Position numbers and translations under genes: made by a program. Below the pieces are notes generated by a model. The model saw only the letters and a program-made list of their open reading frames with translations, was not told the DNA's origin and did not search any database. From Octopus vulgaris (taxonomy: Eukaryota), in assembly GCA_951406725.2 (NCBI GenBank), contig OX597817.1, forward strand, positions 156,984,001 to 157,048,000: a stretch of DNA of 64,000 nt, in the 5' to 3' direction. Shown here one piece after another: positions 49,925-63,085 of the stretch. The first letter of the stretch is position 1. Every line of letters begins with the position of its first letter.

Positions 49925-50061
49925 AGGTTGTCCCAAAAGTTCGTAAACACTTGCAAAAATTGAAATTTTACTTGCCAAGTACTAACAAAAACAACAAAAA
50001 TTATTCCTCAAAATAAAGACCATTATTTTCCAAGACTTTCTACGAACTTTTGGGACAACCT
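49925..50061. mobile_element. Tc1/mariner MITE
   Basis: AGGTTGTCCCAAAAGTTCGTA / TACGAACTTTTGGGACAACCT perfect 21-bp TIR. Confidence 0.8.
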
Positions 50062-51841
50062 TCTATTACCTACATCGTTAGTTAATAAACTTTTAAAACT
50101 AACTGCAGAGATATTGATATCAAGATATATCATGGGTTTTATTATGTAATAATATTTTCATAAAGAAAACTTAAAATGATGCAATAATATTTAAGCTAAT
50201 CAAAATAGTGCTACTTTTGAAATTTGAAAATCTTCAATAAATATCCCGAACACGCCTTCAATAAACACCACGTGTATCTGTTGAGGCAGCATAATTACAT
50301 TTCGGTGGCCGTCGCGCAGAATCTCTTGCTTGGTTCCAGTTCTCTATCATCACTTATTAGCTTTATGTTTACGTTTTTGCCTTCTCTTCCCTATTGATTA
50401 TATTCTTGTAACTCTGGAGCTAAATTATCCTCTTCAAACGGTCTTCCTCTAAGATTTTGATTTTATTTTACTAGAGTGTGTGTTTGTAAAAGCATTTGTT
50501 TTAATAAAATATCTTCTTACAATTGATTTCCGTGTATTTCGATGGTCACGGGGTCAGAATCGACTATCAACAATTGTTTTGAAATATTTATGGTACTCAC
50601 GTGGGTTGAAATTCGAGGGAAATATAACACATTACATTAGATAATGCTGGAAACACCATTCTTTTCAGGGTTCTCGACTTTTAAAATGAAATGAAAATTA
50701 CTTTTGAATATAACAAATTAACATGGCCGGTTGGTTTATCTTAATTTTCACACCATTTAAGTTTAATTTGGTTTTGCTTACCTTTCTTGTGTAACAAATA
50801 CAGCCCAGCAATATTGATAGTTTTCTCGAAAATCCTAAATTTAGAGCCCTCTTTTTATTTCTGGAAGGTGCTCTGTTCCAGATCTTACCACTGAACCAAA
50901 TTTCAAAATATACTCTGGACTTTTATTAACATTTTTGGGGATTGCTATTACTTATTACGTCTTAATTATACACCTTATTAATATAAAATTAAAAAAGAAG
51001 CGGTAGAATCCTCTTGTAGACTCCTCCAAACTAGTGAGTCTAATGTCTCTTGAATGTACGTTGGCAGCAAGAAACATGGTCAACGTCGTTTTTGCTACAC
51101 TGCAAAACTATTGTTACCATAGCTAAGTGCTTGTGGGATGCTGTTTCTTTTTACTATATTCGACCATGTTATTTTCAATTGAGGGTTAAAAGGGTTGCAT
51201 GCTTCATTAACCCATTAAGGTTTAAACTGGCCAGATCCAGCCTCTTACACCTGCCCTACAGCGTCATTCTAAAAATAAACAATCACATCATTGAAATCTC
51301 AAAGCTGTGAGATAATGCATGATTAATTCAAAACAATGGATGAATGAGCTTTACATTTGGCAATCTGAACGCTAAAGTGTTAAATTTAATTACTTTGTAA
51401 CAAAATTTTGAATTCTTTTGGTCCAGTCTATTTTATTTGTTGAAATTATGTTATAAATAGCATTTGAAATAATTCTCAGTAAATTTAAGGTTTGTTCAAA
51501 TAGATATGAGCAAAACAAGAAAAAAAATGTAAGGACAAGTTTTAACTAAGGTGTTATTAATATAATGCTTGAAAATCCTTAACATTTTCAGATGCTCATA
51601 CTTCATCAGAAACAAAAGGAAAGAAGAAAAGAATTCATGGGTGGGATGTGGTTCTGTGGTGTTGTTTGCATGTGTAGGACGATGAGCATGGGTGAGTTAT
51701 GGGTGTAAATGGTTTGTAAGAGTGTGGAGATCTGCAAGAGGAGATAGCAGGTTAAGATCTACAGTAATTGTCAGATTGTACGATTTAAGAAAAGTTTTCT
51801 TGTAAAATTAGAAAATCATATTTTATTTCTTTTGGTTCCAG

Positions 51842-51945
51842 ATTCAGGATTCTGTGGATAAATATGCAAGAATTTTTATTTTTTCTGTTGAAAACATGAG
51901 AAATGTTCAACTAAAGACTATCCGTTATGAGTGGCGACATAGCAG
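51842..51945 (+). CDS. MRTO4: MRTO4 exon 3 (remaining exons not found in window)
   Basis: cag|IQDSVDKYARIFIFSVENMRNVQLKTIRYEWRHS(R)|gttggt. Confidence 0.93.
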
Positions 51946-52057
51946 GTTGGTTGATCTTCATTTTAACATTATTTCCTTTAATTTTGCTTGTCACCATCAC
52001 TGTTTAATGGTCATTTTCCATGCTGGCATGAGTTGGACAATTTGACAAAAGCTGACA

Positions 52058-52331
52058 GCATTCCTTCGATATAACTTGACAAAATCAAAACATTTCACTT
52101 CTGGTATTTCTGCAGGTTGTGGAGTATAGATATAACGAAATTATGCCAGCAAGGTCTCATTTTTGAACTTGAAGAAAAAAAAGCCTTGCTTATTTGTTCT
52201 TACCTGTTTCATGTGTGTATGTAAGATCTGCAAATTTCCAAGCAGAAAACAGAATCGAACTGTCATTTGCTTCCACGGAAATACCTGAAGTGAAGTGTTT
52301 TGATTTTGTTGAGTTATATCGAAAGAATGCC
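52058..52331. mobile_element. MITE with about 55-bp imperfect TIRs inserted in a SINE-like element
   Basis: GCATTCCTTCGATATAACTTGACAAAATCAAAAC… / …GTTTTGATTTTGTTGAGTTATATCGAAAGAATGC. Flanks aagctgac / aaactgac resemble an 8-bp TSD. Confidence 0.7.
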
Positions 52332-55300
52332 AAACTGACAAGTCAATGGACTGTACAAAACACGGGATATCCTTTGTAAGGCCAGCCACTTTACAGAGTG
52401 AACTGGGTGCTTTTTATGTGAAACCAGCAACAGTGAGGTTACTAGGTAACTTGCATGGCAAGACCCCTCAACTGAGGTGCAGGTGGCTTTGCACCACATG
52501 ATATGACATTAGAGAAATAAAGAAATTACATGATATGACATTAGAGTATGATAGAGCGACAGAAATAACTATTTTGCTGTAGAGGATGTACATGACTACT
52601 CCAGTTGGAAAAGAGAGAGGAGATGAGATTCTTGTACCATATACCACCCAGCAATTTTTTTTCTTAAAATCCTAAATTTAGAATCTTCTTCCAGTTACAA
52701 GAAGGTACTCTATTCTAGATGTCATTGTTGAGCCAAATTCCAGAATATACTTTTGAACTTTTATTTATTTATTTTGTGGGGTGGGGTTTAATTATACAAC
52801 TGATGCAATAGCAATCATCATTTAACATCCACTTTTGGGTAAAATTCATTGAGTCCTTGCTGTCATTAACCTTCACCTGTCTCCAAGCAAGGTAATATAT
52901 TCTCATGGCTGGACATATTTCACAAAAGATTAGAAATGGACACAGCTTGTTTGCAACTATCACCTGATATCAATATAAGGTGACACACACATACATAGAC
53001 AATGGGCTTCTTTCAGTTGCTGGCTACCAAATCCACTCATAAGTTTGGTCTGTGCAGGACTATAGAAGACACTTGCCCAAAGTACCACACATTAGATCTT
53101 GACAAAAAAACTAGTGGCAGGGATGTTCCCTTCCTAACCATTCAGTTATGTCCGTGTCAGTTTGAAAAAGATTAGTCATCAGACCAGATTGTTTTGATTT
53201 TCCATTTAAGTAATAAGTAGTTGGTTCTAGCTCATTAATCATTTTAATTCTTGTTTCGTGTGTCTAAGAACAGTACATTTATCCTGTGGATGCATGCAAT
53301 CAGTTCAGAAGGATGGAGGTTGATGTGGAAAATTTGTTGATACAGTTGATAAGAGCCATCCACAAAATTTAGAAGACCAAATACTGAAAATAGTTAATAT
53401 TATTGTTGGGATGAAAAGATGTCTTGCTCAAGTGTGGTTTAAATATTTAAGATGGACTTCTCCTCTACTAATACACTTTGTGTTTGACTATCTGGTTAGT
53501 ATTCTAAACTTCACTGCACATTAATAACCTATTTTGCTGTCACTTCTAATGACATGCAATTTTATACATCTGTTGCACTGTGGCATCATTCTACACCAAC
53601 CTAAACAGCTCATTCTTAATATTTATTGGATTCATAAGCAGAAATCTTGACAGTGTCCTTATTAGCCCTAAATAATAACACAACCCTCAATATCAATACA
53701 AATACTGGGCCTTATATGATCTGGTGGTGTCAAGCTGTATAGCAACCAGAAAATGCTTTAATTTTAATTCAACACTATCAATTTTATAAGTGTAATCGTT
53801 GTTATACTGCTTACACCTAGGGATCAGTGTTACTGCTACACTTAATATTCTAGACCAAGCCTGTGCAACCTTTTTCAAGAAGTGGGCTGCATGTGACATG
53901 GTTCATCATCTAGTGTGCCACTCTGCCACTCAGTAAATTCTATGGGCCACATGTTGTCCATGATTGTTCTAGGCCAAATCCAAATTACCACTCAGCTAAT
54001 TAGCAAGGGTTAACTCATTCACACTTTAGATGAGTGGGTTTTCCTCTCAGCCTCTTCTATCACTGCTAAAGTTGCTTCTGCTCTGAACTGACTATATGCA
54101 CCAACACACTGACTTCCATCCATACCCACTTCTACCAGCTATCCTCTTTGCTCAACCTTTCACTTACAGAACTTGAAACTATGTAATCTCTCCAAGAACA
54201 GGTTTTTTTTACACACCGAACTATATATGCTCATGTTGATGATGAATTACATCTATCTCACCATCTGAGAGGGACTACTTCTTATTCTCTATTTTATTTT
54301 TAAAGAATGATTGCAAAGCTGTATCAGTACACTTTATTCTTATGTACCCTCTCACTGAAAAGCTTATCACTTGCAAGTGATTCTCAAGAGTGATAAAGGT
54401 TTATGGACACATTCCTATTTCATCATCATCATCGTTTAACGTCCGTTTTCCATGCTAGCATGGGTTGGACGGTTCAACTGGGGTCTGTGAAGCCGGAAGG
54501 CTTCATCAGGCCTAGTCAGATCTGGCAGTGTTTCTACGGCTGGATGCCCTTCCTAACGCCAACCACTCTGCGAGTGTAGTGGGTGCTTTTTATGTGCCAC
54601 CCGCACAGGTGCCAGACAGAGCTGGCAAATGGCCACGAACGGATGGTGCTTTTTATGTGCCACCGGCACGGGGGCCAGGCGAGGCTGGCAATGGACACGA
54701 ACGGATGGTGCTTTTTACGTGCCACTGGCACAAGGCCAGTCGGGACGGCGCTGGCAACGGTCACGAATGGATGGTTCTCTTACATGCCACCGGCACTGGT
54801 AACACATCTGCAATTTCCATTGATCGATTTCGATTCTGATCCTCACTTGCCTCAACAGGTCTTCACAAACTTTAAAAAATATTTATTTGATTTTGACACG
54901 ACTGGCATTGCAATCATGTTGCTCAGGGTTTGCTCTCACTGTGCTCTCACATAACCTTGGGTGAGTGAAATTGGATGGGCCTGATCTGACATTTGAACAA
55001 CCGTATGGTCCTTGGGTATCGAGAGTTGAGTCCATTCAGTCTAAGTCTCTGGTTTGAGGATAACATGCCAGTTGGCAGTAGCTTTTGTGGGTACTGCAAA
55101 GTTATGGTGCCATAAATAAACTAACACTGGTTGTCAAGTAGTGAATGACAAATGCATATGCATGAGTAGACACACAGATCATCTTGCATTTTGGGTCTAT
55201 CAAATTCCCTTACAAGGCATTACTTGGCTGTGTGGTTGAGAAATTTGCTTGCCAATTGCAGGGTTTCAGGTGCAGTCCCATTGTGGGGTGCTTTGGATGG

Positions 55301-58300
55301 GTGTCTTTTACTGTGGTCCTGGGTCAATGAAAGCCTTGTGGGTGGATGTGGTAGTCAGAGACTGAAACAAACCTGTTGTGTGTATGTGTTCCTGTCTCGG
55401 CTTCACATGATTGCTGTAAGCGAATGTCATTCATTTCTGAGTATTCTGTGAAAACATGTCTGGCTACGAGGAAATAATCTTGCTTGGAAATGGTAAGAGT
55501 TGGTTACAGAATGGCATCCACATGTAGAAAATCTGCCTCATACTCTGTCTGACACATGTATATGGATGTTAAAATTTTAAAATGATGATGAAAGCTCCTT
55601 CAAATCACATTATACTGTGTTGTCAAAAAAAAGGACCTTCAAAAGTATGATATATGCACTATGCCTCATCATCATCGTTTAATGTCCACTTTCCATGCTA
55701 GCATGGGTTGGACGATTTGACTGAGGAGTGGCGAACCAGATGGCTGCACCAGTGATCCCACTTGGATGGAGCTGTTATCGCTTCACTGGCACGGGTGCCA
55801 GTCATCGAATTTGGTTCAATTTTGATTTCACTTGCCCCAACAGGTCTTTGCAAGCATAGTTTAGTGTCCAGTGAAGTGGGGTTGGCATGGGTTGCCAGTC
55901 GACAAATTTGGTTCAATTTCGAATGTAAAATAGAAAAACAAGTCATAGTTCAGGGCTCTCTGGGGGCTAAACAATGAGGGGGAATGTTAAAGGAAACTAT
56001 ACGAAGTAATTAGAGCTTTATTGCAAGAAAAGGATAGCTTTGGTCTCATCATTGTGATTTTGTAAATAATGCTTTGACACACAACACTACTTGTGGTTGC
56101 ACAATGAATGCAACTAGTGACTATGGCCAATTTCAAGCTCACTTTCTTAGTTTTTCTTAGATTATCCCTTTCATTACTGTATTTATTTTGAGATGCTCTG
56201 TGTTTCTGTTGATTAATTTTAAATATAACAAAGAATTTAGTAAAATAACTTAGTTATCATTCAGCTCATGTTATGAACATATATTGTGACTAAGATTTGG
56301 TGGAAGATTTTAATTCAAAACTAATGGAAACGAAACATTTATACTGGGAGCCAGAGCTGGTTTCAGCTGGGTTGGTAATGAAAGGGTTAAAGGAGTTGCT
56401 GAAAAATGGGTGATGTTGTTGTTTGCAGCAAAGACACCTCTCAAATGATTCAATCTGTTTGGTGGAAAGAGAAAGTCACGATTATCATGAACTGGTGTTA
56501 CTATTTCTTGATTAGATCCATCATCATTTAATGTCTGTTTTCCATGCTGGTATGGGTTGGATGGTTTGATAGAAGCTGGACAGCTGCACCCGGCTCCATT
56601 ATCTGCTTTGGCATGGTTTCTACTGCTGGATGTCTTTCCTAACACCAACCACTTTACAGAGTGTACTGGGTGCATTTTATGTGGCACCAACACCGGTGGG
56701 GTTGCTAACTAACTTGTGAGAGGAAGACCTCTTGTCTGAGAGGGGGAGTAGACCTGAGGGAAATGGTTTTCTGCCAGTTGTGTATGCAGGCAAGCACGAA
56801 GGAGAGTGAAAAGGTTTGCAGTGGGTGGGGGAATGAGAGTTGGGCGAGCTTTTGTTTTAACTTGAAATAATGTAAACAAGGAATTCGGTGGTTTCTGTGA
56901 CCAGATGTTGTCTTGTCAGTTGGGAAGAGAAAGCTAATGGGTTGTGCGTGCTTGTTCTTCTGTGTATGTGTGTGTCTGTTCTGTTTATTTATTTGTTGTG
57001 CACACAAACAAGAACAAGCCGCGGAAATGACTGATTTCGAGTTAAAACGAAAGTTCGTCGAGAGTTGCGAAGTTCAAGATCACTTCTTTCAGATCTTTGG
57101 TTACAATTACACTAGAGATTAAATATCTAGCAACATATTTACCTCTAGAGTTTTTGTGATGACTACTTTCTTATCCTTGCATGAGCAAATACAACTATGC
57201 TAACGTGGGAGCTTTTACTGGTTGCTCAATATGTTAGAAATAGTGGCCAATTGTCTTTCAAATCACACCCTACTCTTAGGGAATAAAGGGAAGGTCATTA
57301 TCATTTAACGTCCGTTTTCCATGCTAGCATGGGTTGGATGGTTCAACTGGGGTCTGGTAAGCCATGGAGTGTTTCTACAGCTGGATGTCCTTCCTAACGC
57401 CAACCACTCCGTGAGTGTAGTGAGTGTTTTTTACGTGCCACCAGCACAGGGGCCAGAGGAGGCTGGCAAACGGCCGCGATCGGTTGGTGCTTTTACATGT
57501 CACAGACACGGATGCCAGTCAGGCGGCGCTGGCATCTGTCACGTTCGGACGGTACTTCTTACGTGTCACCGGCACAGGTCATATTAGATAATGTAGTTGT
57601 GTATATCCATTCCTCCGCTAAATCTTCGGGGTGGTCATGGTTGCAATGGCTTTGATAGCTCTCCTTAATCAGATGGACCTGGGGCTTAAACAGGCAAGTT
57701 TCTATGCATCACAATCGCATGTAGCATTTTGTAGTCTGTTTCATTTACATCACCCTCACGTTTACTTAGCTATTATGTTCTGTGTGTTTTCTACGAACAG
57801 TACACTCTTCTTGCGCTCAATAATTCACATTATACATCTATATAAAAGAGAAATTTGCTTATTTGCTCAATGTGTGTGTGCATGACTTTGTAGAATTACC
57901 AAATTCTTGTAAAATTGAAAACTGGAACACCGGTTTCTTTTAGATCATCAATTACATTTGTTTTCAAGAAAAAATATTGTGTTTTAGAATAGTCATTGTT
58001 GTTTACCATCTGTATTACATGCTGGTATTAGTTGGATAGTTCAACAGGGTCTGAATAACCTTAGTGCTGTATTGGCTTTTATTGTCTACTTTGGCAAGAC
58101 TTCTATGGCTGGTTGCCCTTCTTGATGCCAACCACTTTGCAGAGTATGCTGGGTGCTGTAATAACGCGCAAGACAAAAACCTCAGAGTTTGGGTGTTATA
58201 TATTGAGAGAGGTGGCATTGTGCCAAGTGTTGAGAGTTGAAGTAGGAAAGAGCGACAGGAACAGGTGTCTTGCTGTAGATACATGGGTACCTCAGCAGGA

Positions 58301-59056
58301 AATGGGGAAAAGGATGGTGGACATGAAGTATCGGCATACCCTCAAGATACAAGGAGGATAGAATGATAATTGAGGATGGCTAGGAGAGTAGGTGGGGGAA
58401 TGAGGCAAAGTGTTGGGAAGACAAAAGTTGCATAGTAATACAGGTCAGGTTTCATATATATATGTGTAGGAGTGGCTGTATGGTAAGTAGCTTGCTTATC
58501 AACCACATGGTTCCAGGTTCAGTCCCACTGCGTGGCACCTTGGGCAACTGTCTTCTACTATAGCCTCGGGCCGACCAAAGACTTGTGAGTGGATTTGGTA
58601 GACGGAAATGAAAGAAGCCTGTCATATATATGTGTCTGTGTCTGTCCCCACAACATCGCTTGACAACTGATGCTGGTGTGTTTACATCCCCGTAACTTAG
58701 CGGTTTTGCAAAAGAGACCGATAGAATAAGTACTAGGCTTACAAAGAATAAGTCCTGGGGTCAATTTGCTCGACTAAAGGCGGTGCTCCAGCATGGCCAC
58801 AGTCAAATGACTGAAACGAGTAAGAGATACATATAGATCAGGTACAGTAAAGATGGGGGCTTAAACATTAACAATATGCTTTTATGGTCTCGTTTTTGCT
58901 GAGATGACTGCGGTTTCTCAAGCACAGCAAATTGCCATTCATCTCAGTCCTTCATTTTCTTCTTGAGGTTGAGCTTCACTGCTGTATCCTACATCTTCAT
59001 CTGTCTCCATTGGCAACTGGTTTTATACTCCTCTGTTATGGCCTCGAGAACAATAA

Positions 59057-59395
59057 TAAACAAGAGCATTCAGAGAGTGAAAACCTCTGCCAAAGCAACA
59101 ACAATGTCCTCTATGATTAGCCAGCGATAATTTTTAAAATGAGAATATCTGAAATATTCTCAACCACTCTCAAAAGTTAGGTAAAGAAAAACAGGAAAAA
59201 TAATCCAGAATCTTTGTCCGGTACTGGATCGATCCCCAAATCTAATCAGTTTGTGCCAGTCACGAGGCCAAACATCACTGAAAGTTTCATCCAAATCCAT
59301 CCAGCGGTTCTTGAGATATCTTGTCCACAGACAGATAGACAAACAAACACAACTGAAAACATTAGCTCTGCCTTTGCTAAAGCGGAGGTAATAAA
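59057..59395. mobile_element. Helentron-associated non-autonomous element (HINE-like)
   Basis: Starts AAACAAGAGC, has subterminal ACCTCTGCC, a (GACA)n microsatellite and a terminal hairpin CTCTGCCTTTGCTAAAGCGGAGGTAATAA. Confidence 0.55.
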
Positions 59396-61938
59396 AGGGG
59401 ATTGTGGGCTGAACTCTGGTGAGCTCCAACATGCTCACTATATTTGCCACTATATATTTTGTTAATTTTCATCGGATACTCATTTACAAATTTCTGCAGA
59501 AAGTAAAAGACTCTATCAAATTCTGCAGGTCGATGAAAGCCAAGTACAACAGTTTACTTATGGCTTAATATTTCTCCTACCATTGCCTCACTAGGAAGAA
59601 AGCATCCATGACACTTCTTCCTGGCACAAAACAAAATTGCTTCTCATTTGGTCTAAAACTTTTCCTAAGTAGTTGTGGTACAACTCTTTCTGTAGCTTTC
59701 AAGATCTGCTCCATCAATGGAATATCTCTGTAATTAGTCCTCTCCAAGGTCTCCTCTCTGTATCATCATCATCGTCGTTTAACGTCCGCTTTCCATGCTA
59801 GCATGGGTTGGACGATTTTCACTGAGGGCTGGCAAACCAGATGGCTGCACCAGGTTCCAATCTGATCTGGCAGAGTTTCTACAGCTGGATGCCCTTCCTA
59901 ATGCCAACCACTCCGAGAGTGTAGTGGGTGCTTTTACGTGCCACCGGCACAAGGGCCAGTTAAGTTGTACTGGCAACTGGCACGCTCAAATGGTGCTTAT
60001 TATGTGCCACCTGCACAGGAGCCAATCCAGCGGCACTGGCAACGACCTCGCTCAAATGTTTTTTCATGTGCCACCAGCACAAGTTCCAGTAAGGCAACGC
60101 AGGTAACGATCACGCTCGAATGGTGCTTTTTACGTACCACCAGCACAGAAGCCAGTTTGTTGCTCTACCAACGATCATGCTCGGATGGTACTCACAGCGT
60201 TAATTGACTATAATGCTGCTACACCAGTCAGTGAGTATATCTTATTCAAAAATATTTGCAGGATCAAGCTATAAAGGCTCTACATGATTGTTTGACATCC
60301 TCCAAGAAAATTTTCCATTTTACTTTCTTAAAACTAGAAAGAGTTCATTGGATAATATAATCCTGGCTATACTAAGCTCAAAGAAATAATGAGATGGTCA
60401 TATGTGCAGTGCTTTTAATCTTGAGTCTGCTGGGTAGAGGCTGACTCAGGGCTTTGTTGTTCATATCTATTTCTTTATTGCCCACAAGGGGCTAAACATA
60501 GAGGGGACAAACAGGGACAGACAAAGAGATTGTCGATTACATCGATCCCAGTACGCAACTGGTACTTATTTAATCGACACCGAAAGGGTGAAAGGCAAAG
60601 TCGACCTCAGCGGAATTTGAACTCAGAATGTAAAGACAGATGAAATACTGCTATGCATTTCTGCCAGCTCACCACCTTGTTTGTTCATATCATAGTCTTA
60701 CATGATACAACTGTGAACTATTTGCTAAGAATCAATGCAATGGTCATATAGTAAAGAAGTGGAAATAGCTACAACTGTGCAGACATGCCTATGTAGTTAA
60801 GAAGCTTGCTTCACAAGCATGTGGTCTTTGATTCAGTTCCACTGAATGACACTTTGGGCAAATGTCTTTTACTATAGCCCCAGGTTAGCCAAAGCCTTGT
60901 GAGTGGATGTGGTTGATGGAAACTAGAAGCCCATCACATATGTGTGTGTGTGTGTATGTATGTATATAATTGAGGATGCATGACCTAGTTGTTGGGATGT
61001 TGCACTCGTGTACACGATATCATGGTTTCAATTCCTAGACTGGGTGGTGCATTGTGTTCTTGAGCAAAATACTTTATCCTGTGTTGCTCTGTGATCTCTT
61101 TGACACCTGAAGCATGGTACACTGTGCACCTGTTCAGGCAACATCAATTTAATGGAGGGAGTGGGCTAATGTACATCACATAGGTTTATGTGTTGTACAT
61201 TAGGTGAGCTGGCAGAAACATTAGCACGCTGGGCGAAATGCTTAGCGGTAATTTGCCTGCCACTACGTTCTGAGTTCAAATTTCACCAAGGTCGACTTTG
61301 CTTTTCATCTTTTCGGGGTCGATAAATTAAGTACCAGTTACGTACTGGGGTCGATGTAATCGACTTAATCCCTTTGTCTGTCCTTGTTTGTCCCATCTAT
61401 GTTTAGCCCATTGTAGGCAATAAAGAAATAAGAAACACATGGGTTTAATTACTATTAACAAATACTTTGTGCAGGTCGTTTAGCATAAGCTCAACACTTG
61501 TACATCATCTTTGACAGGAGGGTCCATCATATATGTATGTATGTATATTTGTGTGTACTCTTGTCTAGACATCACGTAATACAAATGATGCTTTGTTTCT
61601 AGTCTTCTATGGAAATATGTCTGGTAATGGGGAAACATTGCCTTGCTTGACAACAGTTGAGGGATGGTGACAAGATCTGGCTGTAGGAACTCTGCCTTGA
61701 CAAATTCTGTCTGTCCCATGCAAGCATGGAAAAGTGGGTGTTAAACCATGATGATGATGATGAGTGCATCTGTGTAATTGCTGGTAATGATGACTCCATG
61801 GTACATAACTGTTTCAACATACTTTCAAAGACAAATATTTCAATTGTTTTGAATTAGGTATTTTTCCTGCTTATTTAATTACTTTTATTTGGAAAATTTA
61901 TAAAAAAAAGTTTTGTTCTTTATTAAATAGCTTACTGG

Positions 61939-61978
<40 letters not shown>

Positions 61979-62580
61979 CGCAGGAGTGACTGTGTGGTAA
62001 GTAGCTTGCTAACCAACCACATGGTTCCGGGTTCAATCCCACTGCATGGCATCTTGGGCAAGTGCCTTCTGCTATAGCCCCGGGCCGACCAATGCCTTGT
62101 GAGTGGATTTGGTAGACGGAAACTGAAAGAAGCCTGTCGTATATATATATATGTATGTGTGCGTTTGTGTGCCTGTGTTTGTCCCCCTAGCATTGCTTGA
62201 CAACCGATGCTGGTGTGTTTACGTCCCCGTCACTTAGCGGTTCGGCAAAAGAGACCGACAGAATAAGTACTGGGCTTACAAAGAATAAGTCCCGGGGTCG
62301 ATTTGCTCGACTAAAGGTAGTGCTCCAGCATGGCCGCAGTCAAATGACTGAAACAAGTAAAGGAGTAAAGAGAGTATATATAAAGTTCAATGTGATCGCG
62401 TGTGTATCCTTGGCGATTTTCGTTCTCCGTCTTCCCTTCCTTGGACCTTTCCTTTTTCTAAGTTTCTAACGAAGAGCTCCACTTGAAACATATCTTCCTT
62501 TCTTTCCTTTCCTGAGCATCCAATAACACTATACTTGTTTCACGTCCTCACGTTGTTGTGTTTTCTCTTTATGTTTGGAG

Positions 62581-62584
<4 letters not shown>

Positions 62585-62620
<36 letters not shown>

Positions 62621-63009
62621 AATGAGATAGGGGTTGAAAATTCAACCCACCATGGGATAATATCTCTTTATTTACTCTTACTGTATATTTTGTATAATGC
62701 CTTTGCTGATATGTAATGGTGTATTAAAGTATTGATCGGGTATCATCTGATAGTTGATGTTTTATTGATTTAAGTATGTTTCTCCATTCTCTAATTTTGT
62801 ATTATATATATATATATATATATATTTATTATATAGAAGGAGCTTCTACAGGACTAGAACTGTTTCATTCAAAAGAAATCATCAGGAAGCTCTTCCTGAT
62901 GATTTCTTTGAATGAAACAGTTCTAGTCCTGTAGAAGCTCCTTCTATATAATAAATTAATTTACTCTGCTATGTATTTACTGTGGTTAACCCCGACTCAA
63001 CCCGGGACC

Positions 63010-63043
<34 letters not shown>

Positions 63044-63085
63044 CATCGTTTAATGTCTGTCTTCCATGCTAGCATATATATATAA
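62585..63085. repeat. (TA)n microsatellites separating short Penelope-like insert fragments
   Basis: TA runs at about 62585-62614, 62802-62825, 63013-63041 and 63074-63085. The insert at 62618-62800 is homologous to the one at 8846-9270. Confidence 0.6.
62824..62956. ncRNA. About 130-bp palindrome encoding a type-I hammerhead motif on each strand
   Basis: Plus strand: cttc-CTGATGA(62896-62902)-tttctttgaat-GAA-ACAG-ttctagtc-CTGT-A(62933)-gaag. Mirror copy on the - strand with core at 62885-62879. Confidence 0.7.
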
